DNA of 62,915 bases, counting the filler, from Perkinsus chesapeaki ATCC PRA-425 (Eukaryota; Protista; Perkinsozoa): assembly GCA_013115145.1 (NCBI GenBank). It is 10 parts of 10 records of this genome, joined end to end, with 100 filler letters (N's around TTAATTAATTAA, not from the genome) between each part and the next. Parts side by side here need not be neighbours in the genome. Positions count along the whole stretch, not along the records: positions 14,279 to 22,511 come from JAAPAO010000985.1; positions 22,612 to 44,257 come from JAAPAO010000592.1; 8 more parts are not named here. One strand, 5' to 3'. The notes under the pieces were generated by a model. That model worked only from the letters and a program-made list of their open reading frames with translations. It was not told the DNA's origin and searched no databases. The first letter of the stretch is position 1. Each line of letters opens with the position of its first letter. Below are positions 14,179 through 25,539 of this stretch, in pieces. Position numbers and translations under genes: made by a program.

Positions 14179-16717
14179 NNNNNNNNNNNNNNNNNNNNNN
14201 NNNNNNNNNNNNNNNNNNNNNNTTAATTAATTAANNNNNNNNNNNNNNNNNNNNNNNNNNNNNNNNNNNNNNNNNNNNTGAGCTGCTTCTGCTTCAGCAT
14301 GGAACGCGTCTGCTGCTTCTCTGTCTTCCGGTAAGTTGTAAGTCCTACGGACCGCGCGCCACTAAATTCTTCCAAATAAAATATTTGCTCGAATTTTCCA
14401 GATTGATGAATTCGAAAGTCGGTCTCACAGAAAATGTAAAAACGATTCCCCCTTATAAAAGACTAACCTCTCAAACACTTGTCTTATCCCACCGTCATTG
14501 CCTTGGACTTCCTCAGGAGGCAAATTTGAGGATGAAGAAGGTGGGGATGAAAATCTGATAGAAAAAGCGTAAAAACCTCTCTCAGACGTGAGAACCTCAA
14601 GCGGTAATTCTGATCTACACGGGAAAGCTTGGAATAATGAGTTTGAATAATAAGTAAGTTATATTAATAATAAATGAATGTAGAGTTGTAGCGCTTCAAA
14701 ATGCAAGTCGATATTGCTCTTATTAACAACTTTCTAAACCGCATTAAAGCTAATACTTTCACCAAGTCCGTAATGCACGGTTTAAGCTAAGATACTCCTA
14801 CCTTTCAGTTTCGCTCTGCCATGCATCCATCATTTTAACTTTATCACCAAAGTTAACTAGTCTATTGCCGGTATCCTCACCTCCTCCCATAGTCCTAGCT
14901 GCTGATTGCATCATCTTTTCATACAGTGACGCTTTCTCTTCTAACTTCCTAAAGGGCCAACCTCACCAAAGCATCTTTAAGAAAGTTAGACAATCGAGAC
15001 ACTATCTGCCTCCTTACGCTCACAAGCTGAGCCAAAAAGTATCTTTTCGTTTCATTCGATTCCATGAAACGGTCACCAATCAACAGTTGATAACTACCGA
15101 GCAGATGAGCAATGTTATGATATTGCGTTGGCCTAAATCTATTAAAAGAGAGTGCAACCATCATCCATGATCCGATAATATTCACCAGGGTAGGCAAGCT
15201 GAAGCCTATAATACACAAGATGCTACTGCCATGTGGCTCCTTGTCATCATCCTAGACGACGACGACGACCCAACAGAAATAGCTTTAGAAATGGTAAAAT
15301 GTATCCTCACCAACTTGACCATTGATGAATATCTTTTCATTTCCCCCCAAAAAAGTTCCGATGAAATCACTCCAACTCCTACGAGTTCGGCCAGAAAGCC
15401 GTTGCCAAGTTCATTATTTTAATACCAGATTTCCTCCAAATCCCGCCCCCCTATTACTTCCTCACAGTCTCACTTCTATCCTCATCCTCAGTACTTCTGG
15501 CGTGTTTTCTAGATAACTTTGATTCTTTTTTCAATGGTCGTGCTGCCATACCATCATTCTTTTTACGTCTACTGGCATCCGATTCGCCATCAAAAAGCAA
15601 TCAACTTCAGCGCAATCTTCAAACACAGATTTCGGGTTTCGGTCTTGACTATGCAGAATAACAATGAAAAAGTGACGAGTAAACAGTTTACACGACATGA
15701 TGCCCAGCAATGATTCCCCGGAAAGATACTCCAACGGTTGCTTTATCGCACCGTGAAGGATTCTTTGGAGATTGATCGCAATTTTAGCAGCTCCGAAGCT
15801 CTTCATTTGTTTAGTTCATGTTGCAACGTCTTATTGCATCATATCATTTTTAAAAACTAAATCAGTAATATTATATAATAACACCTGATGGCTGTGTGTG
15901 TCGACTGTGTCTCCGTGTGTCGACTTACTAACATGTCAGGGTGAGACCAGTACTACTGTAGTACTATACTTGGACGTGTTTTAGGGGGCGGCGGCCTCCT
16001 GTGATTATATAATAAATGGACATTAAGGTCGTACTGTTTGCTCTTGCCGCAGTATTGATCCGCAAATTAATAGAACTTATACCAGCTCATGCTGGCATGC
16101 GTCCGACACATAATAAAAGTAATTGTATATTATTATAGCAAATGCTCCCCCACTTCCAGAAAGACTCCAGAGCGAGCCATAACCATTAAACTTTCGTGCC
16201 CCTCGACGAAGCAATATAAAGATAATAATATCTATTAACACGTACAAACGATATTTTGTCGTTAAATTCCCCCGCTGGGAATAAAATGCTCATTAGTTCG
16301 CATGCCCCCAAATGACGTACTAGTTGTTCCATACCGCTCCCTCCGCTATCACCTTGAAAATATTGATATCCTGTTTCCCCGATCCACCATAGGCCTTTGA
16401 AAGATCAACCCTTTCAGCCTTCTTTGGTATTAATGCCGATTCGGTTAGCCACCCGAGAGACATTCAATTACTGTGGAAAATGAAAAAGTCCCGAACATTA
16501 AGAAAGAGCTTAGAAATGTGCAATGAAGCTCCCATTGCTCTCCGCTAGGGTTGGGATTGTAACCATTCCATGTTCCTTGGATTTCTGCTCAATGCCGCCA
16601 GCAGACCGATCCCTCCAGTCTTCTCCTCAGAGAATCTTGGTATTCTTGCAGATCTTGCATTCTTTCAACGCAATAGCGCATTTTCCATTTTTGTTTTACC
16701 GATCGTCATCTTTTACA

Positions 16718-16921
16718 ATGCGATTACTCATCACATTCATCATCGTAGCTTTATCACATCCAAAGAGACCTCCACGCCACGCTGCTTTACCGAGAAGGTC
16801 TAATGGGCAACGACATTTAAGACGACTGTTAGCGAGGGAGGATAAACATGATAGAAAAATGGAAAGAATACAAAGACGTGACAGAATGATGAAAAAGGAT
16901 GAGTTGTTCATGACGGATTAA
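16718..16921 (+). CDS. Small secreted Arg/Lys-rich peptide (67 aa), paralog A
   Basis: MRLLITFIIVALSHPKRPPRH...QRHLRRLLAREDKHDRKMERIQRRDRMMKKDELFMTD*: hydrophobic N-terminus then a charged helix. Similar to 17263-17511. Confidence 0.6.
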   Translation: MRLLITFIIVALSHPKRPPRHAALPRRSNGQRHLRRLLAREDKHDRKMERIQRRDRMMKKDELFMTD

Positions 16922-17262
16922 TAATCCTGAATCAGGATTACTGTTGATGATGAGATTGTTGGATTGAGTATATTAGTTATTACAATGTTAAAGTACAGCA
17001 GCTACGGCCAAGTAGATAATAGTGTGTTATCACACAACAGCTGCTGCCATCACACAACAACAACGCAGTGATAATTACGCCTCGGTATGATCACTGTTGA
17101 TGATGAGATTGAGTCGAGTGTGTTAGTTATGATAAAGTGCATGATACGCGACATAAACGCAACAGCTTCAGTTTCCAGGTTCTGGGAGGCGTCTCGCTAA
17201 ATCGATTACTAGGCAGATACGTGAAGCTGTAGTTTACCGTCTCGTTGCAATAAGCTTCCATT

Positions 17263-17511
17263 ATGCGTTCTTTTTCGACAATAATCGCACTAACTCTCGT
17301 AGCGGTGTCATACTCAAGCCGCCCAAGGAGACGTAGCAATGTGCAAGCAATGTCCCCGTCAGCACAACGCTTGAGGAACCGAAAGCAAAGAGATCTGGCC
17401 AGATACAGGAGACTTGACGCGAAGATGGAAAAGAGGGAGAGAAAGGATGAGATAGAGAAAATGAAGAGGAAGGAAGAGATGGAGAGAGTGGGAGAATATA
17501 TGTATTTATGA
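17263..17511 (+). CDS. Small secreted Arg/Lys-rich peptide (82 aa), paralog B
   Basis: MRSFSTIIALTLVAVSYSSRPRRRSN...RRLDAKMEKRERKDEIEKMKRKEEMERVGEYMYL*. Shares MR..T.I..L..S..RP.R and KME...R.D...K motifs with paralog A. Confidence 0.6.
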   Translation: MRSFSTIIALTLVAVSYSSRPRRRSNVQAMSPSAQRLRNRKQRDLARYRRLDAKMEKRERKDEIEKMKRKEEMERVGEYMYL

Positions 17512-17742
17512 AATGTTCATGATGACTTTGATGTTGCTAACTAGGCGGAGTTGAGTGTAGAAGTAATTAAACTAAGCCCTATATGTAACAGCTATAACAA
17601 AAAAATTGCAAACCTGCATTGTGCACACGGAAGGCCGATCCAGAAAGTTCGGGCAGCTCGTGTTATGGCGCTACACACCCACCCTCCCAGCTGCCACAAC
17701 GGACTGATGGGTGATAACTACTGTGGACGCAACAGTAATATA

Positions 17743-19151
17743 TCAAAAACCACGAGCCAAAATGAGCACAATAAACAATGGCATTTTCAATGATAATCTC
17801 ATTTGACTAGCCGAACCGGTACATCTGTCAGCTTGTGCTACTCGTCCCTGGCACATGGCACTTGCCACTTGCTGGAGCAGAGGGCTTACTTGAAATGGCC
17901 AACCAGATGAGCATATAGTTTCTGCAGTCTTAATATCAAACTTACATGCCTGGAAGTACTTCAAACAGTCAGCAGTACAAAGATTGTAGGAGCTGTCGTG
18001 TTGAGTTGACGCCGACTCGTTGCACCTAATCATAAGGCAAACGCGCTATATAAAGTATCTCCTCCATCCTCAGTTGTCAACTAGACGGATTGAAGGCTTC
18101 TCGCGGGGAGAGCTGAAATGAAATATTGTCAAGGTATATGCAAGTAGACGACTGCTTGCGGGCGCAGAAATGGTGAATTTCCACTTTCCGTCCAGTTTCC
18201 CACTTCGGTCTGTCGCCACAAATGCATGTTAAAAATGGGTATTTAGAAACCCAAGAGACGAACGCATCTTAACGCTTTACGAGCTTTTTCAGCAGCCTAC
18301 TTCGGGAAGTTAATTCTGCAAACGGCGGATCTGAAAGCCTCGACGCACTCAATATTTTGACTAAACCGAACCTGCAAGAATGAGAAAGTTTCGTACTAGG
18401 AGAGCTTCAAGGTATACGGTGACATTTTATATGCGACATACACTGTTGTGATGTCCGAGTCTGTGCCACGCACGGTATTTCTGGGAGCAGCGGTCCAAGT
18501 TAGTGACGCTAATTACAACGTGAAGGTTACCGTGGTTTAAAATGCGATAAGTTGAGTAGTGGAGCTGCTTAATTCATTGGCGTGGTGATATTGATGCTTA
18601 TCTATACGCTTGAGGTCACTCGGTACTATATCCAAGACACGTCGCGTTACGCAGGGAGGCTCTAAACTCAGGCGCAATCTGTTATACAAGCGCCGCAGAG
18701 TCGACGTTGATTTTTCCGATCTACTCAAATAGGTATATTGGAGACCCTCTTACCTGTTGTGGTGGAATGCATGCCTGATAGAACACATAGTCCTTACAAA
18801 ATGAAATGTGATGTTTGTAGTAGGACGGTGGCACGCACACTCCGGTATATCTACCCAGCAATGTCCGGCAGCAGTTTGGTAGTAGCAGACGACTACACGC
18901 CGGAACCAACTGGCAGATCACATAAAGGATATTCGGAATCAACCGACCGTTCGATCGGGACGTAATCGGTCAAATCCATAGCTAGATAGAATCCGTTGAT
19001 GTCCACTTGATTGCCTGACCTCAGTCTTTAACGGTACTTAGTTCGAAGTAGAGCTACCTTCCGAGTCGTAGAGGAGTTGGTTGGCTGTCTCATTCGCATT
19101 GGTTTGTGCTCTTGTCAAGGGGAGAAAAGATATGATCAGAAGGATAAACAT
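17743..19151 (-). CDS. Secreted/GPI-anchored cysteine-rich protein with a Frizzled-like (Mid1/FAM155-type) CRD, multi-exon
   Basis: Signal peptide MFILLIISFLPLTRA. Exons ISFCKDYVFYQACIPP, VRFSQNIECVEAFRSAVCRINFPK and CNESASTQHDSSYNLCTADCLKYFQACKF. Hydrophobic C-terminal tail MPLFIVLILARGF*. Confidence 0.6.
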
Positions 19152-19977
19152 AGAATGAAGTCCTAACAGTGTGCTCACAGGATTCGACGATAGCAACTTA
19201 AGTTATCCATAACTGTTACATTGCAGAAGGTAGCTTCTGCACCTACAAGTAGAGACGCGGCGTCGCCCGCCAGCTCTCTGTTAGCACAAGCGGTATTCTT
19301 CACCGTATTAAGCGGAGAATCCTCCAAAAGCTTCCGCAGCAGTGGGAGGGTGAGTTTGACAATTAACGATGGGAATTGTTACTAGTGGGGGTTAGTGCAT
19401 ACGCGGGCAATCGTCTTTGCGTTAGACAGGAAATGTGAACGCATGCACAAGGGGTGGGCCCTCGTTATTTTAGCTTCTGAAGTTACGTATGCAGTTACGG
19501 CATTGGGATCAGCTGTTGAATGATGAGTGTTGTAATATGCTGATGATGATCATGGATCATGAGCATAACACAGAAAAGGCAAAGCATCCCAGGCAAACTC
19601 GTAGAGCTTCTGCAGTAGTCTACTACCAGTAGAGGCGAAGGCGCTCAAGTACGTAGTAGACAACCACTCGTGGAGACCAGCGTTGCATGAAGATCAACTC
19701 GTTAGCTATAGTAAACAGATAGTATGATGTTATTCAAAAAACTGGTCCAGACGCTTAACGGGACTCCAGGAAACTATTCACTGACTGCAGCAGGCCTTGA
19801 GCGGCAGAAGATAGTTAACAGACAAATTCGACAACACATTCCAGGGTCCTCCTTTACTGACTCTGTACAGCTCTGAAGCCCTGCATGCACTTTTGGCAAC
19901 GCTGAGCTGAGAAAGACTTTCGTAGAACCCGGAACCGTTGTCGAGGACTTTCAGAAACTCATTCTCTTAAGATCAAC

Positions 19978-20430
19978 ATGGCTATGATGATGAAGCAAGT
20001 CTTGTTTGTGCGGGTCTTAATCATCTGTGGTGATGCCCAACCCGCTGACGGTCTGGCCTTCAGGTTGCGCTACGTCTATTTGGCTGAACTGGTAGTCGAT
20101 GTTTACTTCACCTTTCTACCGACGTTACCGGACGTCGACCATGATCGATTTAGAATCGGAGTTTCCACTACAGAGACGTATCTCACAATAACTGGGACCT
20201 TCCAGTTCGACCAAGCAGGTGAAGCTTTTACCCTCGAGTTGGCGGATAACACTCGCCAAGATTTCATCGGGCAGTTTAACAACCTAAACATTCCGGGATT
20301 TCATCTGGCTAGTACAGCTTTGCAACAAGGTAGATTTAACTACGTAACGAGAAATCTTGAGATCGACATTGGTGATCCCGGTTATCCATTGGTCCTTCCG
20401 TTCTGGAACTTCCCTCCAGCTCTAGGTTAG
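19978..20430 (+). CDS. Intronless predicted secreted protein (150 aa), unknown function
   Basis: Single ORF with hydrophobic N-terminus (MMMKQVLFVRVLIICGDA) and alternating beta-strand pattern. Confidence 0.55.
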   Translation: MAMMMKQVLFVRVLIICGDAQPADGLAFRLRYVYLAELVVDVYFTFLPTLPDVDHDRFRIGVSTTETYLTITGTFQFDQAGEAFTLELADNTRQDFIGQFNNLNIPGFHLASTALQQGRFNYVTRNLEIDIGDPGYPLVLPFWNFPPALG

Positions 20431-20905
20431 AGCTGGAAGCTAGAGCACACGGCGTGTGCCACACGCTAACAGCGTGTGCAGGATGACGACTTGCGCGTCT
20501 ACCACGAATCGTTGAAGCTGCCAGCAAGGGATCCTTGAGATGGTTATACGATTCTGATTCGTTGAAGTGGTCTCTAATCATGTATCACCCTACTACGTGG
20601 AGACACCTCGTCATATCCAATCAGATATAATTGGCTCATCAGAGGGTACTTATACTTTCATTAGAAACAGTCTGAGTTGCGTTTTAGTTGTCTAACAAAA
20701 TAGTGCATTCGACTGGATTTTCATGTCGCGATGCATCACTCTATTTTTATCATTCCTTCCACTTTTCATATCGTTCAACTTTAACCTTTTTCTGCACGAC
20801 ACGTAACTCGTCAAAGTAAAACTCGCTTGATGCCATCGAGTCGATGGTAGCAAGTTTATTCTTAGACAAATAATGAGTGCACTGAATCAGTGGCTAACAT
20901 AAGTA

Positions 20906-21121
20906 TGTTATCGGGTTCGGGTGACAAGTTAATAGGTGAGGGAATAGGAGCTGAGATGCGTTAACACAACAGGAAGTGTCTTGAGGGCAGGTAGCTTACG
21001 CTAGAGAGTGTAGCGAGAACAAAGAACACGCCAAGGGCCGGCGAATACCAGCCGCGCCGCCCGCTTAGCTATAGATCAAATATAGCACGCATGCACACCA
21101 ACTGCGCAGAGTCCTACAACA
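20906..21121 (-). mobile_element. Candidate 3' LTR (216 bp) of a Ty3/gypsy element
   Basis: On the minus strand it starts TGTTG directly after a polypurine tract GAAGGGGTAGAA (21122-21133) and ends AACA (TGTT...AACA termini), downstream of an integrase ORF. Partner LTR not in window. Confidence 0.65.
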
Positions 21122-21233
21122 TTCTACCCCTTCAAAATTATGAGACAGACATGAAATGAATGAGTAGACAGACATAACATTGTTAACTACATGTGAGAGT
21201 TGTGCGCGACCACAAACAGCCATTGATTTATCA

Positions 21234-22511
21234 TCACAGTTGCGACTCAAACTCTCCAGGTGATGGATGTTCATAGTCTGAGAAATCAAAGTTATATGGA
21301 TGCAACTTACCAACAGAATCTCTATCTAGACGTAGTTGACCATTCGGAAGATCTTCAGTAGTCACCGCGAGAGGAAACATGATTTCGTGCTCTAAATGCC
21401 ATGTCGGTGGGAAATAATTCTCTTTGCAAATAATGTCTCCACCAGGACGGGTAGCTCGATAATATTCAACTAAATATTTATGGTCTTCAAGTGACTGTTG
21501 AAGTATTTCGCCAATACTATAACCTTCTCCAAGAAGATTTTCAACAAAGTAGAGATTATCGTGTATTTTCTGTATCCACCCGTATCTATCCAATGCCAAT
21601 GACATAGTATGGTAAGGAATATGCTTGATGTAACCTCTGCGATAACCAGCATGACCCATGATAAGCTCGACGACACGGTGAGGACTCAAACCCTGTTCTG
21701 GGCAAGCCTCGTAGACTATAGCTACCATATCTCGATCATCTGCAGTCGTACCAACAGGTAGATAGTCGCCGTATAACGTTCTATCTACTAACGCAAAATG
21801 TCGAGATGTGTCCAACTCTTGAGGTATGGTATCCAGTGCATCACCACCAGAACTACTGTAACCAGTTGCTGCCGAAGTTGTTACCGGTTCCAATCCTTTA
21901 TCCTTGGGCTTAACGTCCTTGGGCTCCTTCTGACCGCTAGGATGAGGTATAGGAGTATTCGGTGCTTCGGGACCATCCACATCCATGGCTGCTCGAACAG
22001 GCATTATAGGAGTCTCTACATCAGTTTGACCATTAGGGTCCAGAAGCCCAGAGAGGTTCAAGTGAATAAGCCTATCAACGTTTATTCTTGAACTTGGACT
22101 CGGCGGACCATGGGTAACTGACTTCAATAATACCGTATTATTGCAAGGATCCGCAACCACATAAGGACCACGCCAACGGTAACTCAGTTTACTCTGTCTT
22201 TGTGGAGAACGTAAGCCAACTAGATCGCCTTCGCTGAAGTCCGGGAGAGATCTATTTTGATCATACTTATTTTTTGCATGTAAGCGAGCATCAATCAACG
22301 CCAATCTAACACACACATGAGCCATCTTCATAGATTCAACCATATCTACCGCCATAGAGTCAATTTCAATGTCTGTTGGATCAGGTATGAGCTCCGCCCT
22401 TCGAACCATCAGATCAGGTAGGGAAGGAGGATTTCGATCACCGTGAGTAATGAAGTATGGTGAGAAGAGTCTACCAGTTCCAACATTCGTATTATGAGCA
22501 AAAGTTACTGG
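21234..22511 (-). mobile_element. Ty3/gypsy pol 3' end: integrase C-terminus with GPY motif and long C-terminal extension; 5' part lost in gap
   Basis: Frame is open from the gap: PVTFAHNTNVGTGRLFSPYFITHG...LSYRWRGPYVV...RINVDRL, then a Pro-rich linker and about 190 aa extra domain. Confidence 0.85.
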
Positions 22512-22611
22512 NNNNNNNNNNNNNNNNNNNNNNNNNNNNNNNNNNNNNNNNNNNNTTAATTAATTAANNNNNNNNNNNNNNNNNNNNNNNNNNNNNNNNN
22601 NNNNNNNNNNN

Positions 22612-22683
<72 letters not shown>
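22612..22683 (+). repeat. (TAC)n microsatellite
   Basis: 24 perfect TAC units directly after the gap. Confidence 0.97.
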
Positions 22684-22688
<5 letters not shown>

Positions 22689-22734
22689 GAACCACCTTCA
22701 CAGTGAAGGTGGTTCTAGAAGTGAAGGCTTCACT
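22682..22734. repeat. Perfect palindrome with 20-bp arms and 1-nt centre, plus a second with 7-bp arms
   Basis: ACTTCTAGAACCACCTTCAC-A-GTGAAGGTGGTTCTAGAAGT, then AGTGAAG-G-CTTCACT. Confidence 0.95.
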
Positions 22735-24091
22735 CCTTGATTAGGTACTAACCACAATGTGCTTCTTAGCAAGCGCCATTGAAATCGCCAAGTAGTCAAC
22801 AGAATTCGCCATCTCAGTCCATTCGTGTGGCACAGGTTCCGGGAAGCCCTCGAACATCTTGTCATCAATGACATCACTTACTTTAATCATAGCCCGGAGT
22901 CTACTGCTCATGACTATCTTATTAGGTACAGTGCTCTTTATTCTTATTATTACTGGAGTCACCTAGATACCGAACCGGTTTTATGACCCTGTGGAAGGAC
23001 GGCAGCTGCACTGGTGGTGGTTGCAGCACACCTGACTGTACCGAGGACCCCTTGCACTTTCAGGCGGTCTACTGTAAGCTTCCCATGTGTGTTGATTGCC
23101 TAGAGCCTAGACTCCATCTCATCTTTCCAACATACTTTCCTCTCTCGCAGTGTTCTAATTCTTAACGTATAGTGCCTCAGGCCCCATGGACACTAACTTC
23201 CAGGCGTACGTGGAGACGTTGTTAGAATCAGCTGATACAGACTCTACAGATGAGTAGCCTCGTTTGGTAGAGTAAGGTTTACATTACTGTCCTCAGTACT
23301 GTTATGGAGTGTCGGAATCGGCTAATAGCCGAGGGTGAAGAGCCGCTCCACCCCCAGGATGCAGTGCCTGTTGCAGATCCTTATGGTAGCTTAGTTAGCG
23401 ATCTATGACTATTTGTACTCATTAGGAAATGTCAACTCATGGTGCCGAATCCGAGATACCTTGATAGAGTCACCTTTGACCAGCATAACAATGTGCGTTT
23501 GGACTGTAAGCCTCCACCTTCCCCTCCTTCCCAAAGGGTGACTTCTCAGGCCAGTTTGCTGGCTGGAATGCAAATGCTGGCCGTTACAGCGGTATCAATA
23601 GTGGAATTAACAGATCGTCTCAAGTTATCAGATTTGTTCAAGGTTGGCATCGAACTTCTTTCCGTGTCGTACCGTAATTGGTGTCCTTTAGAAACCCCGA
23701 ACGATGACAGAGCTCACCAACGGCAACAGACAGCAAGCTCGCAGTGATGCCGTCGTCGACCAAGTCTAATGTTGCTGTCCTTTCACTCTGGCTCCAGTTG
23801 GAAGCATACACACATCTACTCAGGCTGTGTCCTAATCAAAGATAGACGATCACCAAAGTTTTCAATTAATTTTGTGTAGCAGCCGACCCCTGGCACTCGG
23901 GGATAGAAAAGATTCTCCGTTTCAACTGTCTGAGGACTTGTGCTGCCGTAAATCGGTTATACTGGCCGTCATTAGATCTCTTGAAGGCAGGCCTCCCGCC
24001 GATGGGGCCGCGGTTACTCGGACAACTCTTTACAAACACCAAAGTCAACATGAGTATAGAAAATACATTGTTGTTGATGTTGATAGCGAAT

Positions 24092-25404
24092 TTATGAGAA
24101 TAATATCCATTCCTTCAGTTTAGGAAACATCTCTTTTAGACCTTTACAGTCATCACAGGTGTATTCAGCCAGGTTGGGTATCCCTCTGAGATCACAGTGG
24201 GTGAGGGCCAGCCCGGTGATCGCATCCAAGCCTCGCTTAGTAATGTCTTTAGCTCCAAACACTGACAACCAGTGAAGCTTCTTATTGCACTTGCCAATAG
24301 TCTCGAGTACAGAGTCGTCCATTTGCTTGCACCAAGTAAGATTTAAATGCTTGAGATTGGGCATGCGTTCAAGGAAGGCTACAGCCGTGGCACTAGTCAG
24401 GTTTATGTGCCCACAGAGGTCTAGAACTTCCAACTTCTCCAAATCCTCAAGAGCTTTGTAACCGTCATCAGAGAACTGCGTTGTAGCGTACAAACGGAGG
24501 ACCTTAAGTGAGCTGCCATAGGAGGCACCGATCGCCATGAGAGATGCGTCACTGATCTTGGGACATCTAGTGAGGTCGAAAGTCTCCAGTGGTGCTCGAC
24601 CAGGCTGGGCGCATGCTGCCATCACGACTCTATCAGTTGTAGCTTTGACACCCGACAGGGAGAGGTAGCGAAGACCTCGATTCGCACGCATGAGGTGGCA
24701 CAGGGCTGTATCCGATGTGATAGCTGCGGACCAGTATAAATCTGAAGGATAATACATGCTCATCTCCTGTAAATCTGACATTTCCGAAATACACACAACT
24801 TGTGCGTCATTCACTATGAATGTTGTTGCATCACTTTCCCGTGCATAGGTTAGCATTCTCTGCGAGCTATGGACTCAATGGCAGCCAAAGCCTCTCTACA
24901 CATGTTAATACTGATCATAAAACATGTGTCAATAATATCAATACATAATATATGATCAGTAATAAAGTATCACTACAGTACTCGTAATTGCAGTTGAGTG
25001 ACGGATAAAGTCATGCGCTTTGAGGAGGAAGAAGAAGCAGAAAGCAGCTCACCTAGGTGTTCCAGATTCCCTGTGTGATGCGCCAGTCCAGTCACCGCGG
25101 CATCATCCAGCCACTGACAAGCGCTCAAATCGAGATGCTTCAGATTCTCGAGGTTCATCTCGGCAATCACCGAAGATAAATTATCGTGGCAAAAATGAAG
25201 TTTGCAGTTTGTAGCTTGGCCACATACAGCTGGATGGCTGACAGCAGCTTTGATCAGAGCAGCCGAGTCTAAGAACTGTAGCCGACGGGAAACGGCGTCA
25301 CGGAAATGACTGCTTAGGATGGATATGTCTGGGAGAGCGGCGAGGTCGAGATAGCCTAGGATGCGGCTGAGAATATCTACATCTAGCGAAACCAGTGTAG
25401 TCAT
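24092..25404 (-). CDS. F-box/leucine-rich-repeat protein (FBXL/AMN1-like), spliced
   Basis: N-terminal F-box-like LVSLDVDILSRILGYLD, then Cys-containing LRRs (LKHLDLSACQWLDD, LETFDLTRCPKISDASL, LKHLNLTWCKQMDDSVL). Confidence 0.85.
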
Positions 25405-25539
25405 TATAGCGGCACAATGGGTAGGAGAGTCCCAAATAAAAACAAACAACTGACAACCAAGGACCTAAGGTGGGTAATTAAACGCAAGATTCAGAGGAGG
25501 AGGAGGAGGAAATACTAAGGTAAAAGGTGAACGGTCGGT

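Noticed and set aside
16940-17140. C/D box snoRNA pair (TGATGA boxes)
   Set aside because: No downstream CTGA D box or terminal stem at a suitable distance; better explained as duplicated 3' flanks.
20833-20847. Isolated 7-bp-arm palindromes with 1-nt centre (for example CCATCGA-G-TCGATGG and the one near 48153)
   Set aside because: About 4 are expected by chance in 63 kb; only chained or longer cases were counted.
22741-23850. Possible hAT transposase relic (VRCAAT, HEWTEM..DYL) that could be the footprint-maker
   Set aside because: No clear C..H, RW.S or dimerisation motif, and the spacing is too short; cannot be supported without a profile search.
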